Source: an uncultured Desulfobacter sp.
GTDB lineage: Bacteria > Desulfobacterota > Desulfobacteria > Desulfobacterales > Desulfobacteraceae
DNA length: 64,000 nt
Reading direction: 5' to 3'
Assembly (NCBI GenBank): GCA_963665095.1
Contig: OY762069.1
Span: forward strand, 2,176,001 to 2,240,000
Part shown: positions 50,481 to 59,997 of the stretch, piece by piece
Layout of the letters: each line of letters begins with the position of its first letter
Position numbering within the stretch: position 1 is the stretch's first letter
Translations under genes and position numbers: made by a program
The notes under the pieces: model-generated
Told to the model about the DNA's origin: nothing
Database searches by the model: none
What the model saw: only the letters and a program-made list of their open reading frames with translations

Positions 50481-51153
50481 CTTCTGCCTTCAGCACATAA
50501 CCGGCACCCCGGACCGTATGGATCAATTTGCTGGCATATCCCTTGTCAATTTTATCCCTCAGCCGGCAGATCCGTGCCTCCACCACATTGGTCATGGGAT
50601 CAAAGTTATAATTCCACACATGCTCCATAATCATGGTTTTGGAGACCACCCGTTCGCGGTTGCGCACCAGATATTCAAGCAGGGAAAACTCTAAGGGCTG
50701 AAGTTCAATGAAATCCTGGCCTCTTTTTACCTGGCGTTTGACAATGTCCACATTCAGGTCTGCATAGGACAGGGAGACGGGCTCAGTGTTGTTCCCGGCC
50801 CGCCGGATCAGGGCCTGGACCCGTGCCAGCAGTTCGGAAAAGGAGAAGGGTTTGGTCAGGTAGTCGTCGGCACCTGCCTCTAGCCCCTTGACCCGGTCCC
50901 CTACCCTGTCCCGGGCACTGAGCACAATAATGGGGGTATTTTTCCCCTTGGCCCGCAGTTTTTCAATCAGGGTCAGCCCGTCCATGCCCGGCAGCATAAT
51001 GTCGACAATCAGGGTGTCGAAATCAGCACCCATGGCCATGTCCAGCCCATCGGTACCGGTAGTGGCCACATCCACAGCAAACCCGGAAGATTTCAGCCCT
51101 TTTTCCACAAAGCCGGCTATTTTTTCATCATCCTCCACAAGAAGCAGTCTCAT
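50473..51153 (-). CDS. OmpR/CusR-family response regulator
   Basis: LLVEDD, DIMLPG, GADDYLTKPF, TVRGAGY. Confidence 0.96.
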   Translation of the reverse strand: MRLLLVEDDEKIAGFVEKGLKSSGFAVDVATTGTDGLDMAMGADFDTLIVDIMLPGMDGLTLIEKLRAKGKNTPIIVLSARDRVGDRVKGLEAGADDYLTKPFSFSELLARVQALIRRAGNNTEPVSLSYADLNVDIVKRQVKRGQDFIELQPLEFSLLEYLVRNRERVVSKTMIMEHVWNYNFDPMTNVVEARICRLRDKIDKGYASKLIHTVRGAGYVLKAEDA

Positions 51154-51162
51154 GATCTCCTC

Positions 51163-51579
51163 CTATTCTCCTATAATTTTTACCAGAACCCGTTTTCTTC
51201 TACGGCCGTCAAACTCCCCGTAAAAAATCTGCTCCCAGGTACCAAAATCAAGCGCGCCGTCAGTGACAGCCACCACCACCTCACGGCCCATGATCTGGCG
51301 TTTCATATGGGCATCGGCATTGTCCTCGCCCACATTGTGCCGGTACTGGTCCACGGGAGCATGGGGAGCAAGCTTCTCCAGCCAGAGATCATAATCATGA
51401 TGCAGGCCGGACTCGTCATCGTTAATGAACACAGATGCTGTAATGTGCATGGCATTGCACAAAAGAAGGCCGTTCTGTATTCCGCTTTGGGCAAGACAGG
51501 CTTCCACGTCCGGGGTAATATTGATAAATGCCCTGCGCTGGGGCACCTCAAACCATAACTCTTTTCTAAAATGTTTCAT
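51163..51579 (-). CDS. yjbQ: YjbQ/UPF0047 secondary thiamine-phosphate synthase family
   Basis: [29 protein letters not shown]. Confidence 0.92.
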   Translation of the reverse strand: MKHFRKELWFEVPQRRAFINITPDVEACLAQSGIQNGLLLCNAMHITASVFINDDESGLHHDYDLWLEKLAPHAPVDQYRHNVGEDNADAHMKRQIMGREVVVAVTDGALDFGTWEQIFYGEFDGRRRKRVLVKIIGE

Positions 51580-51979
51580 GAATTATTCCTTGAATGTTTT
51601 AACCGTCCTGTTTTAGGAGGAGCGAAACCTTTATCCGGGAAGGACACACTGTCCGGCTGGAATAGTATTATACCCCATATGAAATAATCAATACTGCTGA
51701 CAATTTTTACCTCTTTAATATCATTACCATTTTATAATAGGTGTTGCCTGAACATAATTAGGTATTGCCTGAGCGAAAAACCCGTGTTTGGTGTTTGGAC
51801 GAAAGGTTATACCGCATACGGGCAGTTCCTTTCCTTCAGGCACTAAATACCTGAACAGGGTTTGATTTTTTTTAAAAGAACCTGTATTTTCACAACACTT
51901 TTGAATTGACACAAATCTGACAACCACTTTTTGACGGACAACATCTGCCTGGATTGCAGCGTAATTTAAGGATGGTCAA

Positions 51980-52225
51980 ATGAAATATTTCTGGTGGGGG
52001 GTACAGGGCATCTGCCTTATCATCTCCCTTTTTTTCCTTGTGTTCGGCATTGACCTTATCCGTGGCGCCTACGGGTTGAACGATCCATTCAGCTTTATCA
52101 TGACCTTTTTTGCCGCATCCTTCATTATCCTGATCAGTCTTTCCCTGGCCCTGGTATTTATCATCAAAATGGTCCGGGTATACCGCCATGTCAACCCCGC
52201 CGGACCCAAGGGGGGCAAAGCCTGA
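51980..52225 (+). CDS. Small 2-TM hypothetical protein
   Basis: Two TMs, RBS AAGGATGG, stop overlaps the ABC-F start (TGATG). Confidence 0.7.
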   Translation: MKYFWWGVQGICLIISLFFLVFGIDLIRGAYGLNDPFSFIMTFFAASFIILISLSLALVFIIKMVRVYRHVNPAGPKGGKA

Positions 52226-54060
52226 TGACGGTACTGGTTTCTGTCAGGGAACTGTTCAAAGCCTATGGTGATGATACCTTGTTCACCGATTTAAGCTTTG
52301 ATGTCAAACCCGGGGAAAAACTTGGGCTGATCGGGATGAACGGTTCAGGAAAATCCACGCTCTTAAAAATCATCTGCGCTTTGAGCCTGCCCGATGAGGG
52401 AGAGGTCTATGTCCAGCCGGGGGAACGCCTGGTCTATCTGGCCCAGGAAGACCTGTTTGACCCGGAGCTTTCCATTGAGCAGACCCTGTTTCAAAGCCTT
52501 TCCGGCCAGGATCTTCAGGAAAAAGAGCGCCACCGGCGCGTCAGCAAAACCTTGGGAAGTGGCGGTTTTCCGGATCCCGCCATCAAAGTGGATGCGTTAT
52601 CAGGCGGCTGGCGCAAACGGCTGGCCATCTCCAGGGCATTGTGTCAAAATCCTGATCTGCTGCTGCTGGACGAACCCACCAACCACCTGGATATTGCCGG
52701 CATCCTCTGGCTTGAACAGCAGCTTGTGCAGGCACGGTTCTCCTTTGTGGCGGTTTCCCATGACAGAGCATTTTTAGAAACTGTCAGCTCCCATACCATG
52801 GAAATTGCACGGTATTACGAAGGCGGGGTATTCAAAATTCAGGGGCCGTACAATAAATTTGAACAGGAGCGGGACAAGTACCTGGAGGCCCAGACAAAAA
52901 AGCAGGCCTCCCTGGCGTCAAAAATGCGCAGGGAAGATCAGTGGTTACGCCAGGGTGCCAAGGCAAGAACCACCAAAGCCAAATACAGGATTGACCAGGC
53001 TGAAGAATTGCGCCAGGAGCTGTCGGAAGTCAAAACCCGGAACCGCCAGACCGCACGGGTGGACATTGATTTCTCCGGCACGGGACGCCAGACCAGGAAA
53101 CTGCTCCGGGTCCACAACCTTGCCAAAGGTTTTGAAGGCAAACCACTTTTTTCCGGCATCACCTTTGAGTTAGGCCCCGGATTCTGCTTAGGGGTTGTAG
53201 GGGACAATGGTTCAGGCAAATCCACCTTTCTATCCCTGATTGAACAGGCTGAGGAACCGGATCAGGGTACAGTCAAGTGGGCAGAAAATCTTAAGGTTGC
53301 CGTGTATCACCAGGATCGTACACAGCTGGATCCGGACATGACCCTGCGGGAGGCATTGAACCCTGCCGGCGGAGATGCCATCACCTATAAAGACAGATCC
53401 ATCCATGTGGTATCCTGGGCCAAACGGTTCCTGTTCATGCCCGACCAGCTGGACATGCCTGTGGGCCGGCTTTCCGGCGGGGAAAAAGCCCGTATTGTCC
53501 TGGCAGACCTTATGCGCCAGCCCTGCGATCTGCTCCTTCTGGACGAACCCACCAATGACCTGGATATCCTCTCTCTTGAAGTACTTGAAACCTCCATTAA
53601 AGAATTCTCAGGGGCCGTGATTATTGTCTCCCATGACCGGTACCTCATGGACCGGGTCTGCCACCGTATGCTCTATCTGAACAACACGGAAACGCCACAA
53701 TTTTACAAGGATTTCAACCAGATTCTCAAGGCAAGAGCAAGCAAAGAGGCCCCCGGGACCGCCGGTTCAGATAAGCCCAAACCAAAGAAAAATACAGCAG
53801 CTCCCCGCCAGAAACTGGCTTTTTCATATAAAGACAAATATGAGCTTGAACATATCGAGGAAAAAATCCTGGATGCTGAACAGCTTGTTTCAGATCTCAC
53901 AGAGCAGGTGCAGGCCCCGGATGTACTAAGCGACCCGGCCCTTTTAGCCAAGACCTGTACAGAGCTTGAAAAAGCCCAGGCCAGTGTCCAGGCGTTGTAC
54001 GATCGCTGGGAGACACTTGAAGAAAAGAAATCCCAGGCTGATAAAGAAGACAATACATAA
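52225..54060 (+). CDS. uup: ABC-F family ATPase, Uup-like
   Basis: Two ABC domains (NGSGKST, LSGG, LDEPTN), ARTTKAK linker, C-terminal coiled coil ending YDRWETLE. Confidence 0.88.
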   Translation: MTVLVSVRELFKAYGDDTLFTDLSFDVKPGEKLGLIGMNGSGKSTLLKIICALSLPDEGEVYVQPGERLVYLAQEDLFDPELSIEQTLFQSLSGQDLQEKERHRRVSKTLGSGGFPDPAIKVDALSGGWRKRLAISRALCQNPDLLLLDEPTNHLDIAGILWLEQQLVQARFSFVAVSHDRAFLETVSSHTMEIARYYEGGVFKIQGPYNKFEQERDKYLEAQTKKQASLASKMRREDQWLRQGAKARTTKAKYRIDQAEELRQELSEVKTRNRQTARVDIDFSGTGRQTRKLLRVHNLAKGFEGKPLFSGITFELGPGFCLGVVGDNGSGKSTFLSLIEQAEEPDQGTVKWAENLKVAVYHQDRTQLDPDMTLREALNPAGGDAITYKDRSIHVVSWAKRFLFMPDQLDMPVGRLSGGEKARIVLADLMRQPCDLLLLDEPTNDLDILSLEVLETSIKEFSGAVIIVSHDRYLMDRVCHRMLYLNNTETPQFYKDFNQILKARASKEAPGTAGSDKPKPKKNTAAPRQKLAFSYKDKYELEHIEEKILDAEQLVSDLTEQVQAPDVLSDPALLAKTCTELEKAQASVQALYDRWETLEEKKSQADKEDNT

Positions 54061-54141
54061 TGTTCAAACATAAAGGCCCCACCTGCCGTGTCAGGTAAGT
54101 ATGAAAGATAACCAAGTTTTAAGATAATTTCAGAATCAGAT

Positions 54142-54933
54142 ATGTCCCATTATCAATACAGCTTGTGCAGTGTGCCGGCATGGGTCATCGGCTCCCGAGA
54201 ATTCAATGCCAATCCCAGCCCGTTAAGTGTCCATGGGGTACGCGCTTCCCATGCGCATTTTTTTAACCAACTGGACAATCTTGCCAGTTGGGAAGAACGG
54301 GCAAGAATATTCCAAGACTACATGGAAGTTGCGTTTCATCTTCATCAATGGCGGGAAAAGGATCCTGACGGTAAGCAGCTGAGTCTGAAACACAGTTACT
54401 TAAGATTTCTCAGGGGCTGGCTTTTTAATGCGGATTCCACTGAAGGGGCTGTCTTAAAAGGGTGGGTGGAAAGCAGAATGGGGTTGCCCCCAACCTATCA
54501 TGGCGGCCGAATCCGAGGAAAAGATAGCAAAGCGTATTTATCATACCTCACAGACCGCATGAACGGTTCTGCCAGGACCAACGCTATTTTCTCCCAACTG
54601 GATCTTCTTTATGAATTTGTTCAGTACGAAATGACACGCCGCGACCCTGACACGACTCACATAATCCTTTTCAGAGGGGTTCACGGATTTTACGATCATG
54701 ACATACTTGAATGGGATGGCAAGGGGAAAGGGGTTGTCCGGCTTAATAACCTGAATTCCTTTACCCATGATTTTGAGCGTGCCTGGGAATTTGGAACCTT
54801 CATTATTGAAGCCAGGGTTCCCGTATCTAAAATTTTTTTTGACGGGGCGTTTCTCCATGCAGGCATTCTCAAGGGGGAGGAAGAAGTACTGGTCATTGGC
54901 GGAGAGTACGATTTTTCCAGGCGAGTCATATAA
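54142..54933 (+). CDS. draT: NAD+:dinitrogenase-reductase ADP-ribosyltransferase
   Basis: YLRFLRGWLFNADSTEGAVLKGWVESRMGLPPTYH, TNAI..QLDLLYEF, RLNNLNSF, GEEEVLVIGG. Confidence 0.93.
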   Translation: MSHYQYSLCSVPAWVIGSREFNANPSPLSVHGVRASHAHFFNQLDNLASWEERARIFQDYMEVAFHLHQWREKDPDGKQLSLKHSYLRFLRGWLFNADSTEGAVLKGWVESRMGLPPTYHGGRIRGKDSKAYLSYLTDRMNGSARTNAIFSQLDLLYEFVQYEMTRRDPDTTHIILFRGVHGFYDHDILEWDGKGKGVVRLNNLNSFTHDFERAWEFGTFIIEARVPVSKIFFDGAFLHAGILKGEEEVLVIGGEYDFSRRVI

Positions 54934-54950
54934 CAGGGATACCATCACTA

Positions 54951-55871
54951 ATGAAATCCGCACAGATACCTGACAGAAAACAAATTGTGGAAAAAGCCAG
55001 GGGAGCATTTGTCGGTCTTGCCGTAGGAGATGCCCTAGGGGCGACCGTTGAGTTCATGACGCCCCAGGAGATCAAACTTCACTATGGCGTCCATAAACAG
55101 ATCATTGGCAAAGGCTGGCTCTATCTTAAGGCCGGCCAGGTGACAGATGACACGGAGATGTCCATTTGTATCGGACGGGCCATTCGAAAATCCCAAGGCT
55201 GGCGTCTGCAAGCCGTTGCACAGGAATTTGCCAACTGGGTGGGAGGCCGACCCGTTGATGTCGGATCCACATGTGCCAGGGGAATCAGAAACTATATTCT
55301 TAACCAGCACCTTGAGGTGGCACCGAGTCGCTGGAGTGCCGGAAACGGGGCCTTGATGCGCATGCTTCCCGTTGCACTTTTCACATTGGGAAATAAAGAG
55401 TTGCTTGCTCAATATGTGGTGGAACAGGCCCACCTGACACACAATAATCCACTGTCGGATACGGCATGTATCTTTTTTGGTCATCTGCTTCATGAAACCA
55501 TGATGGGAGCAACATTGGATCAACTTCGGATCCATACTGACGATTTTGCGGATGACCATTCAGATTTCCGTTACCGTCCCTACCCGGGGAAAAGCTCAGC
55601 CTTTATCGTGGATACGGTACAGACTGTTTTCCACTTTCTGTTTTCAACGACAAACTTTGAAGACTGCCTCATTGGTACGGTCAACCAGGGGGGGGATGCA
55701 GATACGACCGGCGCCCTGGTGGGAATGCTTGCCGGTGCTGTCTATGGGATGGAAGGAATCCCAAAACGCTGGTTGAAACGACTGGATTCCCGTGTTTATT
55801 CAGAGGTCAGTGAGCTTGCAGAATATCTGGTGGACCACTGCCCCGCCCTTTTAAAAAAACATGGGGATTGA
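54951..55871 (+). CDS. draG: ADP-ribosyl-[dinitrogenase reductase] hydrolase
   Basis: GDALGATVEFM, TDDTEM, GNGALMR, NQGGDADTTGA; adjacent to draT. Confidence 0.93.
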   Translation: MKSAQIPDRKQIVEKARGAFVGLAVGDALGATVEFMTPQEIKLHYGVHKQIIGKGWLYLKAGQVTDDTEMSICIGRAIRKSQGWRLQAVAQEFANWVGGRPVDVGSTCARGIRNYILNQHLEVAPSRWSAGNGALMRMLPVALFTLGNKELLAQYVVEQAHLTHNNPLSDTACIFFGHLLHETMMGATLDQLRIHTDDFADDHSDFRYRPYPGKSSAFIVDTVQTVFHFLFSTTNFEDCLIGTVNQGGDADTTGALVGMLAGAVYGMEGIPKRWLKRLDSRVYSEVSELAEYLVDHCPALLKKHGD

Positions 55872-55911
55872 TGTTTACTCTGATGGAAATATCCTTCAAT
55901 AAATGAGACCA

Positions 55912-57503
55912 TCAGGCATCTAAATCCTGACATTTGTCAAGCACCCTGCGAAGGGTAAGAACAAACTGGTCTGCAGTTACCGGCTTGGGGATCACAGCCA
56001 TAAACGCTGAATGGTCGTCCGATTCATCCGGAAAACCTGAACAAAGAATCAGCGGCATATCCGGACAGTGTGCGTGAATTTTTCTGGCCAGTTCATCACC
56101 TGTTGCGCCAGGCATTTTCCAGTCCAATATGGTCAGGTCAATTTTTTCACCCAGATATCTCCGTGGTGATCCCTGATAATACCATGGCTGATGGAGAGAC
56201 CAAGCCCGGTTCCTTTTCCACTTTTTTTGGTGGAAAAATAGGGGTCAAAAATTCGGCCCAGATGTTCCGGCGCAATGCCCTTCCCTGTATCCGCCACCCT
56301 AAGCATGAAACAGGGCTGGTCAAAGGCTCTATTCAGCCGTTTTTCGGCCAGATCTGCCGGTGCGGGAGACAAAGAAAGGGATAGGCTTTTATCTTTGAGG
56401 CCGGCCATGCTGTCAAACGCCTGAATGCCGTTGGTCAAAAGATTCATGATCACCTGGAATAACTGGTTTTTATCACATAAAACCGGAGAGGGGCCAGGGA
56501 CTATATCAACACTGAAATCAATCTGAGAGGGGACCCCGACTTTAATCAGTGCAACGCACTCCCGGGTAATCGCCCCTAAGTCATTGATGCTTTTAGATGT
56601 CTGGGCCTGTCTGCTGAAGGTCAGAATCCGGTGGGTGATACCCTTGGCCCGTTCGGCTGCCCGGTTGATTCTTTCAAGGTGTGATCTGACTGAATCATTC
56701 AGCTTATTTTCCATGAGTGAGAGTTCGGTAAATCCTGAAATGGCACTGAGGATATTGTTGAAATCATGGGCAATACCTCCGGCAAGGGTTCCCATGGCCT
56801 CCATCTTCTGGGCCTGATGGAGCTTTTCAACAAGAGTCCGGTTCTCTTTTTCCGCCTCAATCCGGCTTTGGATTTCGTGATCAAGCCGTTTACGCCTGAG
56901 GGTTTCATCTCTGGCCAGTTGGGTTATCCGGTTAATAATAAAGCCGGTGGACACGGACAGTATTGCATTAATGGCGATAAAATTAACGCTCATAACAGTC
57001 CAGACAGGGATGACGTCCTTGGAAAGCAGCGCCCAGTGCACCTTTTCCATAAAAATAAGAAGGGTAAGCCCACCAATGGTAATTATATTCAGCCCCAGGG
57101 AAATCATTGAAGGCACAAACCCCAGCAGTACGCCTGCCATAACGGAGAACAGCAGTAACCACAGGAATCCGGCACCTGTGGGACCAAGGACAGTCAGGAG
57201 ACAAGCCCCCAGCACATAAAAAACCATCAGCAACCCCATGGCCCTTGGAAAAAATGCCATCCGTCTTCTCACCAGCAATCCAAAGATCCCCATCAGGGTA
57301 AGGGTATCTAGGAAAATAACAGAGGTGAAATGATAGATATATCCGTAGTATACACTGGGAATATAGGCAACGGTGCAAAACAGACAAAGAGTGAGCAGCA
57401 GGCTGACCAGGAGTCGATGACGAAAATATCCGACGCCTGGTTCAATATGTTTGTCCGGCAGGTCAAACAGGGAAACAACATAATTTTTTATTGTATTGCG
57501 CAT
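55912..57503 (-). pseudogene. Membrane hybrid histidine kinase/receiver disrupted by an internal deletion and frameshift
   Basis: GGIAHDFNNIL and GTGLGLS..HGDIWV end at KKLT*; the other frame continues directly with EKIDLTILDWKMPG...CSG...KP, lacking the end of the ATPase domain and the first half of the receiver. Confidence 0.8.
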
Positions 57504-57791
57504 TCAGCAGCCATATTAGAAATTAAGACAAGCGTTATGATTAGATTCTTTTATCAGAATAATCACTGATCTTCAAATCTGATACACGGCGTTGGGATAT
57601 AATTTTTGAGTGCGGCTTATATTTCCCTGCTCTTGAACAAGGTGCTGACGCTGAGAAACTGGAAACGGGCAGGAAAATTCCAATCCAATGGGACAGTGAT
57701 TATCTCAGGGATCAGAACTATCCTGCCAAAAAGGGTTAAGGGGAAAAAGCAATAATTGAAAAGGCCATAAAATCAGATATCTATAATGGTC

Positions 57792-59084
57792 TTAATCCAG
57801 ATCACCCAGCATGATCCGAATGATCTCCTTGTCTGTCTCGCTCATCCCGTCCCGGCCAAGGCGGCCTACGTTGGTGATTGTATTTTCAACCCCTTTGGTG
57901 ACGATACCGTCGCCGCCGTAGAACTGCTGTCCTTTCTGCCACATTCTGAAACCAAGAATCCCGGCATCCACGGATGCGGCGATTTTCGCCGCGCAGGAAG
58001 GCTTGGCCCCGTCACAGATAATGCCTGACACCATGGCCACACTGTTCACTATAATATGGGCAATCTCTTCAAACCCGCAGCCGTGCAGCCAGGCAATGCC
58101 GGCACCCGCACCAACCCCGGCACTGACAGCCCCGCAATAGGCTGAAAGCCGGCCAATGCCGGTCTTTTGATGAATGGTAATCAGGTTGGACACCACCAGG
58201 GCCCGGTAAAGGTCATCCCGGGAAGCATTGAGATGGGCCGCGTATTCAATCACCGGAACAGATGCTGTAATCCCCTGGTTACCACTGCCGGAGACAATCA
58301 CCACCGGCAGGCTGCACCCGCCCATTCGGGCATCAGAGGCAGCTGCAGCCTTGGCCTTGGCCCGGGTTATGATATCGGCGTTTCCATTTTCCATGAGAAC
58401 GGAACCGATATTGGCCCCCCAGTCACCTTTAAACCCTTCCTCAGCAATCTTCATGTTGCAGTCGATCTGAAACTGCAGCATCTTTTTCACCTCATCCACC
58501 GCAACAGATCCGGCAAAATCAACTATGCCTTCCACAGACATAAATGACCGGTCAGTGAGTCCCTGGCTGGGATCATTAACCTGCCCGTCATCTGCGTCCT
58601 GAAACACCACCGTCCCATTTTTTTCAATGCGCACAATATTGGTGTGGTGCTGACTGATCCGGACCAGAGCACTCTCTTCTCCCTTGAACAGGGTCACTAC
58701 CAGATCAAAGATCAAATCAGAATTCAAGGCCCCTACTTTAATTTCAGTGGCGTCAATATATTGTGCAATCTGTTCGCGCTGACTGTCACTGACCTCAGAA
58801 ATCACCTCAAGCTCTTTATCCGACTTTCCAGCGACAATGCCGGCAGCTGTTGCGGCCCCAATACCTTTAAGTCCGCCTGTGTTGGGGACCACCACACTTT
58901 TTACATTTTTAATTATATTTCCACTGGCCTGGACCTGGACCCGGTCCGGCAGTTCACCTAAAACTTCCTTTGCCTTTGCCGCAGCATAGGCGATGGCGAT
59001 GGGCTCAGTACATCCCATGGCCGGAAGAAGCTCTTCTTTTAATACCTGCAGGTAAGCTGAATAGTTTTTATCTGTCTTATCCAT
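57792..59084 (-). CDS. L-cysteine desulfidase-like (CdsB/YhaM, serine dehydratase alpha family) Fe-S enzyme
   Basis: MGCTEP, KNVKSV.VP, SGSGNQG, LSAYCG, CDGAKPSCA. Confidence 0.85.
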   Translation of the reverse strand: MDKTDKNYSAYLQVLKEELLPAMGCTEPIAIAYAAAKAKEVLGELPDRVQVQASGNIIKNVKSVVVPNTGGLKGIGAATAAGIVAGKSDKELEVISEVSDSQREQIAQYIDATEIKVGALNSDLIFDLVVTLFKGEESALVRISQHHTNIVRIEKNGTVVFQDADDGQVNDPSQGLTDRSFMSVEGIVDFAGSVAVDEVKKMLQFQIDCNMKIAEEGFKGDWGANIGSVLMENGNADIITRAKAKAAAASDARMGGCSLPVVIVSGSGNQGITASVPVIEYAAHLNASRDDLYRALVVSNLITIHQKTGIGRLSAYCGAVSAGVGAGAGIAWLHGCGFEEIAHIIVNSVAMVSGIICDGAKPSCAAKIAASVDAGILGFRMWQKGQQFYGGDGIVTKGVENTITNVGRLGRDGMSETDKEIIRIMLGDLD

Positions 59085-59112
59085 TTTTTAACCTTCCTTA
59101 CGTATAACTCAA

Positions 59113-59997
59113 TTAACAGGAAGCGCAAGGATCTACATGCACCCTGACTTCACTGATTTTGCTCATATGGGTTTTAATCATCTCCCGGACCTGATCGGAG
59201 ATATCATGGGCCTCTTTCAGGGTAATTTCCGGGTCCACGACAATATCCAGATCAATCAGGTAAAATGCACCGCTTCTGCGCACCCGGATACCGTGGACAC
59301 TGCGTACCCCGTTAACGACCATGGACAGGCTTTTAATCTCATCAATTTTATTCTGGCCCGGTGATTCATCCATGATCTGCCCCACCGCATCCATGACAAT
59401 ATCGAAACTCATTTTGAAAATGAACAACGCGACGACGATGCCGGCCACAGGATCCAGGATCGGATATCTGAATTTTGCACCGAGAATGCCTATCAGGGCG
59501 GCAATGGACGAAAAGGCGTCGGATCTGTGGTCTTTGGCATTGGCAATGGTGGATGGACTGTTTGACCTGACCCCCGCCCTGTAAGTAAACTGGTACATCA
59601 ACTCCTTGATAACGATGGAGAGGACCGCAGCGTAAACCGCCAGGTTTCCCGGTGGATGAATATTGCCATGCCGGATGACGCCCAGAGCCGTCACGATAAT
59701 CTGGATACCGGCCGCCGCCAGCATCATACCCACAATCAGGGTGGAGACCACTTCGGCCTTGCCATGGCCGTAAGGATGGTCTTCATCCGCCGGCTTCTGG
59801 GCAATCTTCAGGCTGATGTAAACAAACAGGGAGGCAAAGATATCAGAGGCCGAGTGAACCGCGTCTGCAATCATGGCACTGGAGTTTGCCAGCACCCCGG
59901 CAATGCCCTTTAATAACGCAAGGACCAGATTACCCAGGAACCCGACAACCGCCCAGTACCGGGCCTGTTTAAATTCACTGTTTGATGACGCTGCTAT
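59113..59997 (-). CDS. Cation diffusion facilitator (FieF-like); probable ATA start at 59997
   Basis: ADAVHSASD, HPYGHGKAE, DHRSD, HVDP; TM1 lies upstream of the track's GTG start. Confidence 0.88.
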   Translation of the reverse strand: MAASSNSEFKQARYWAVVGFLGNLVLALLKGIAGVLANSSAMIADAVHSASDIFASLFVYISLKIAQKPADEDHPYGHGKAEVVSTLIVGMMLAAAGIQIIVTALGVIRHGNIHPPGNLAVYAAVLSIVIKELMYQFTYRAGVRSNSPSTIANAKDHRSDAFSSIAALIGILGAKFRYPILDPVAGIVVALFIFKMSFDIVMDAVGQIMDESPGQNKIDEIKSLSMVVNGVRSVHGIRVRRSGAFYLIDLDIVVDPEITLKEAHDISDQVREMIKTHMSKISEVRVHVDPCASC

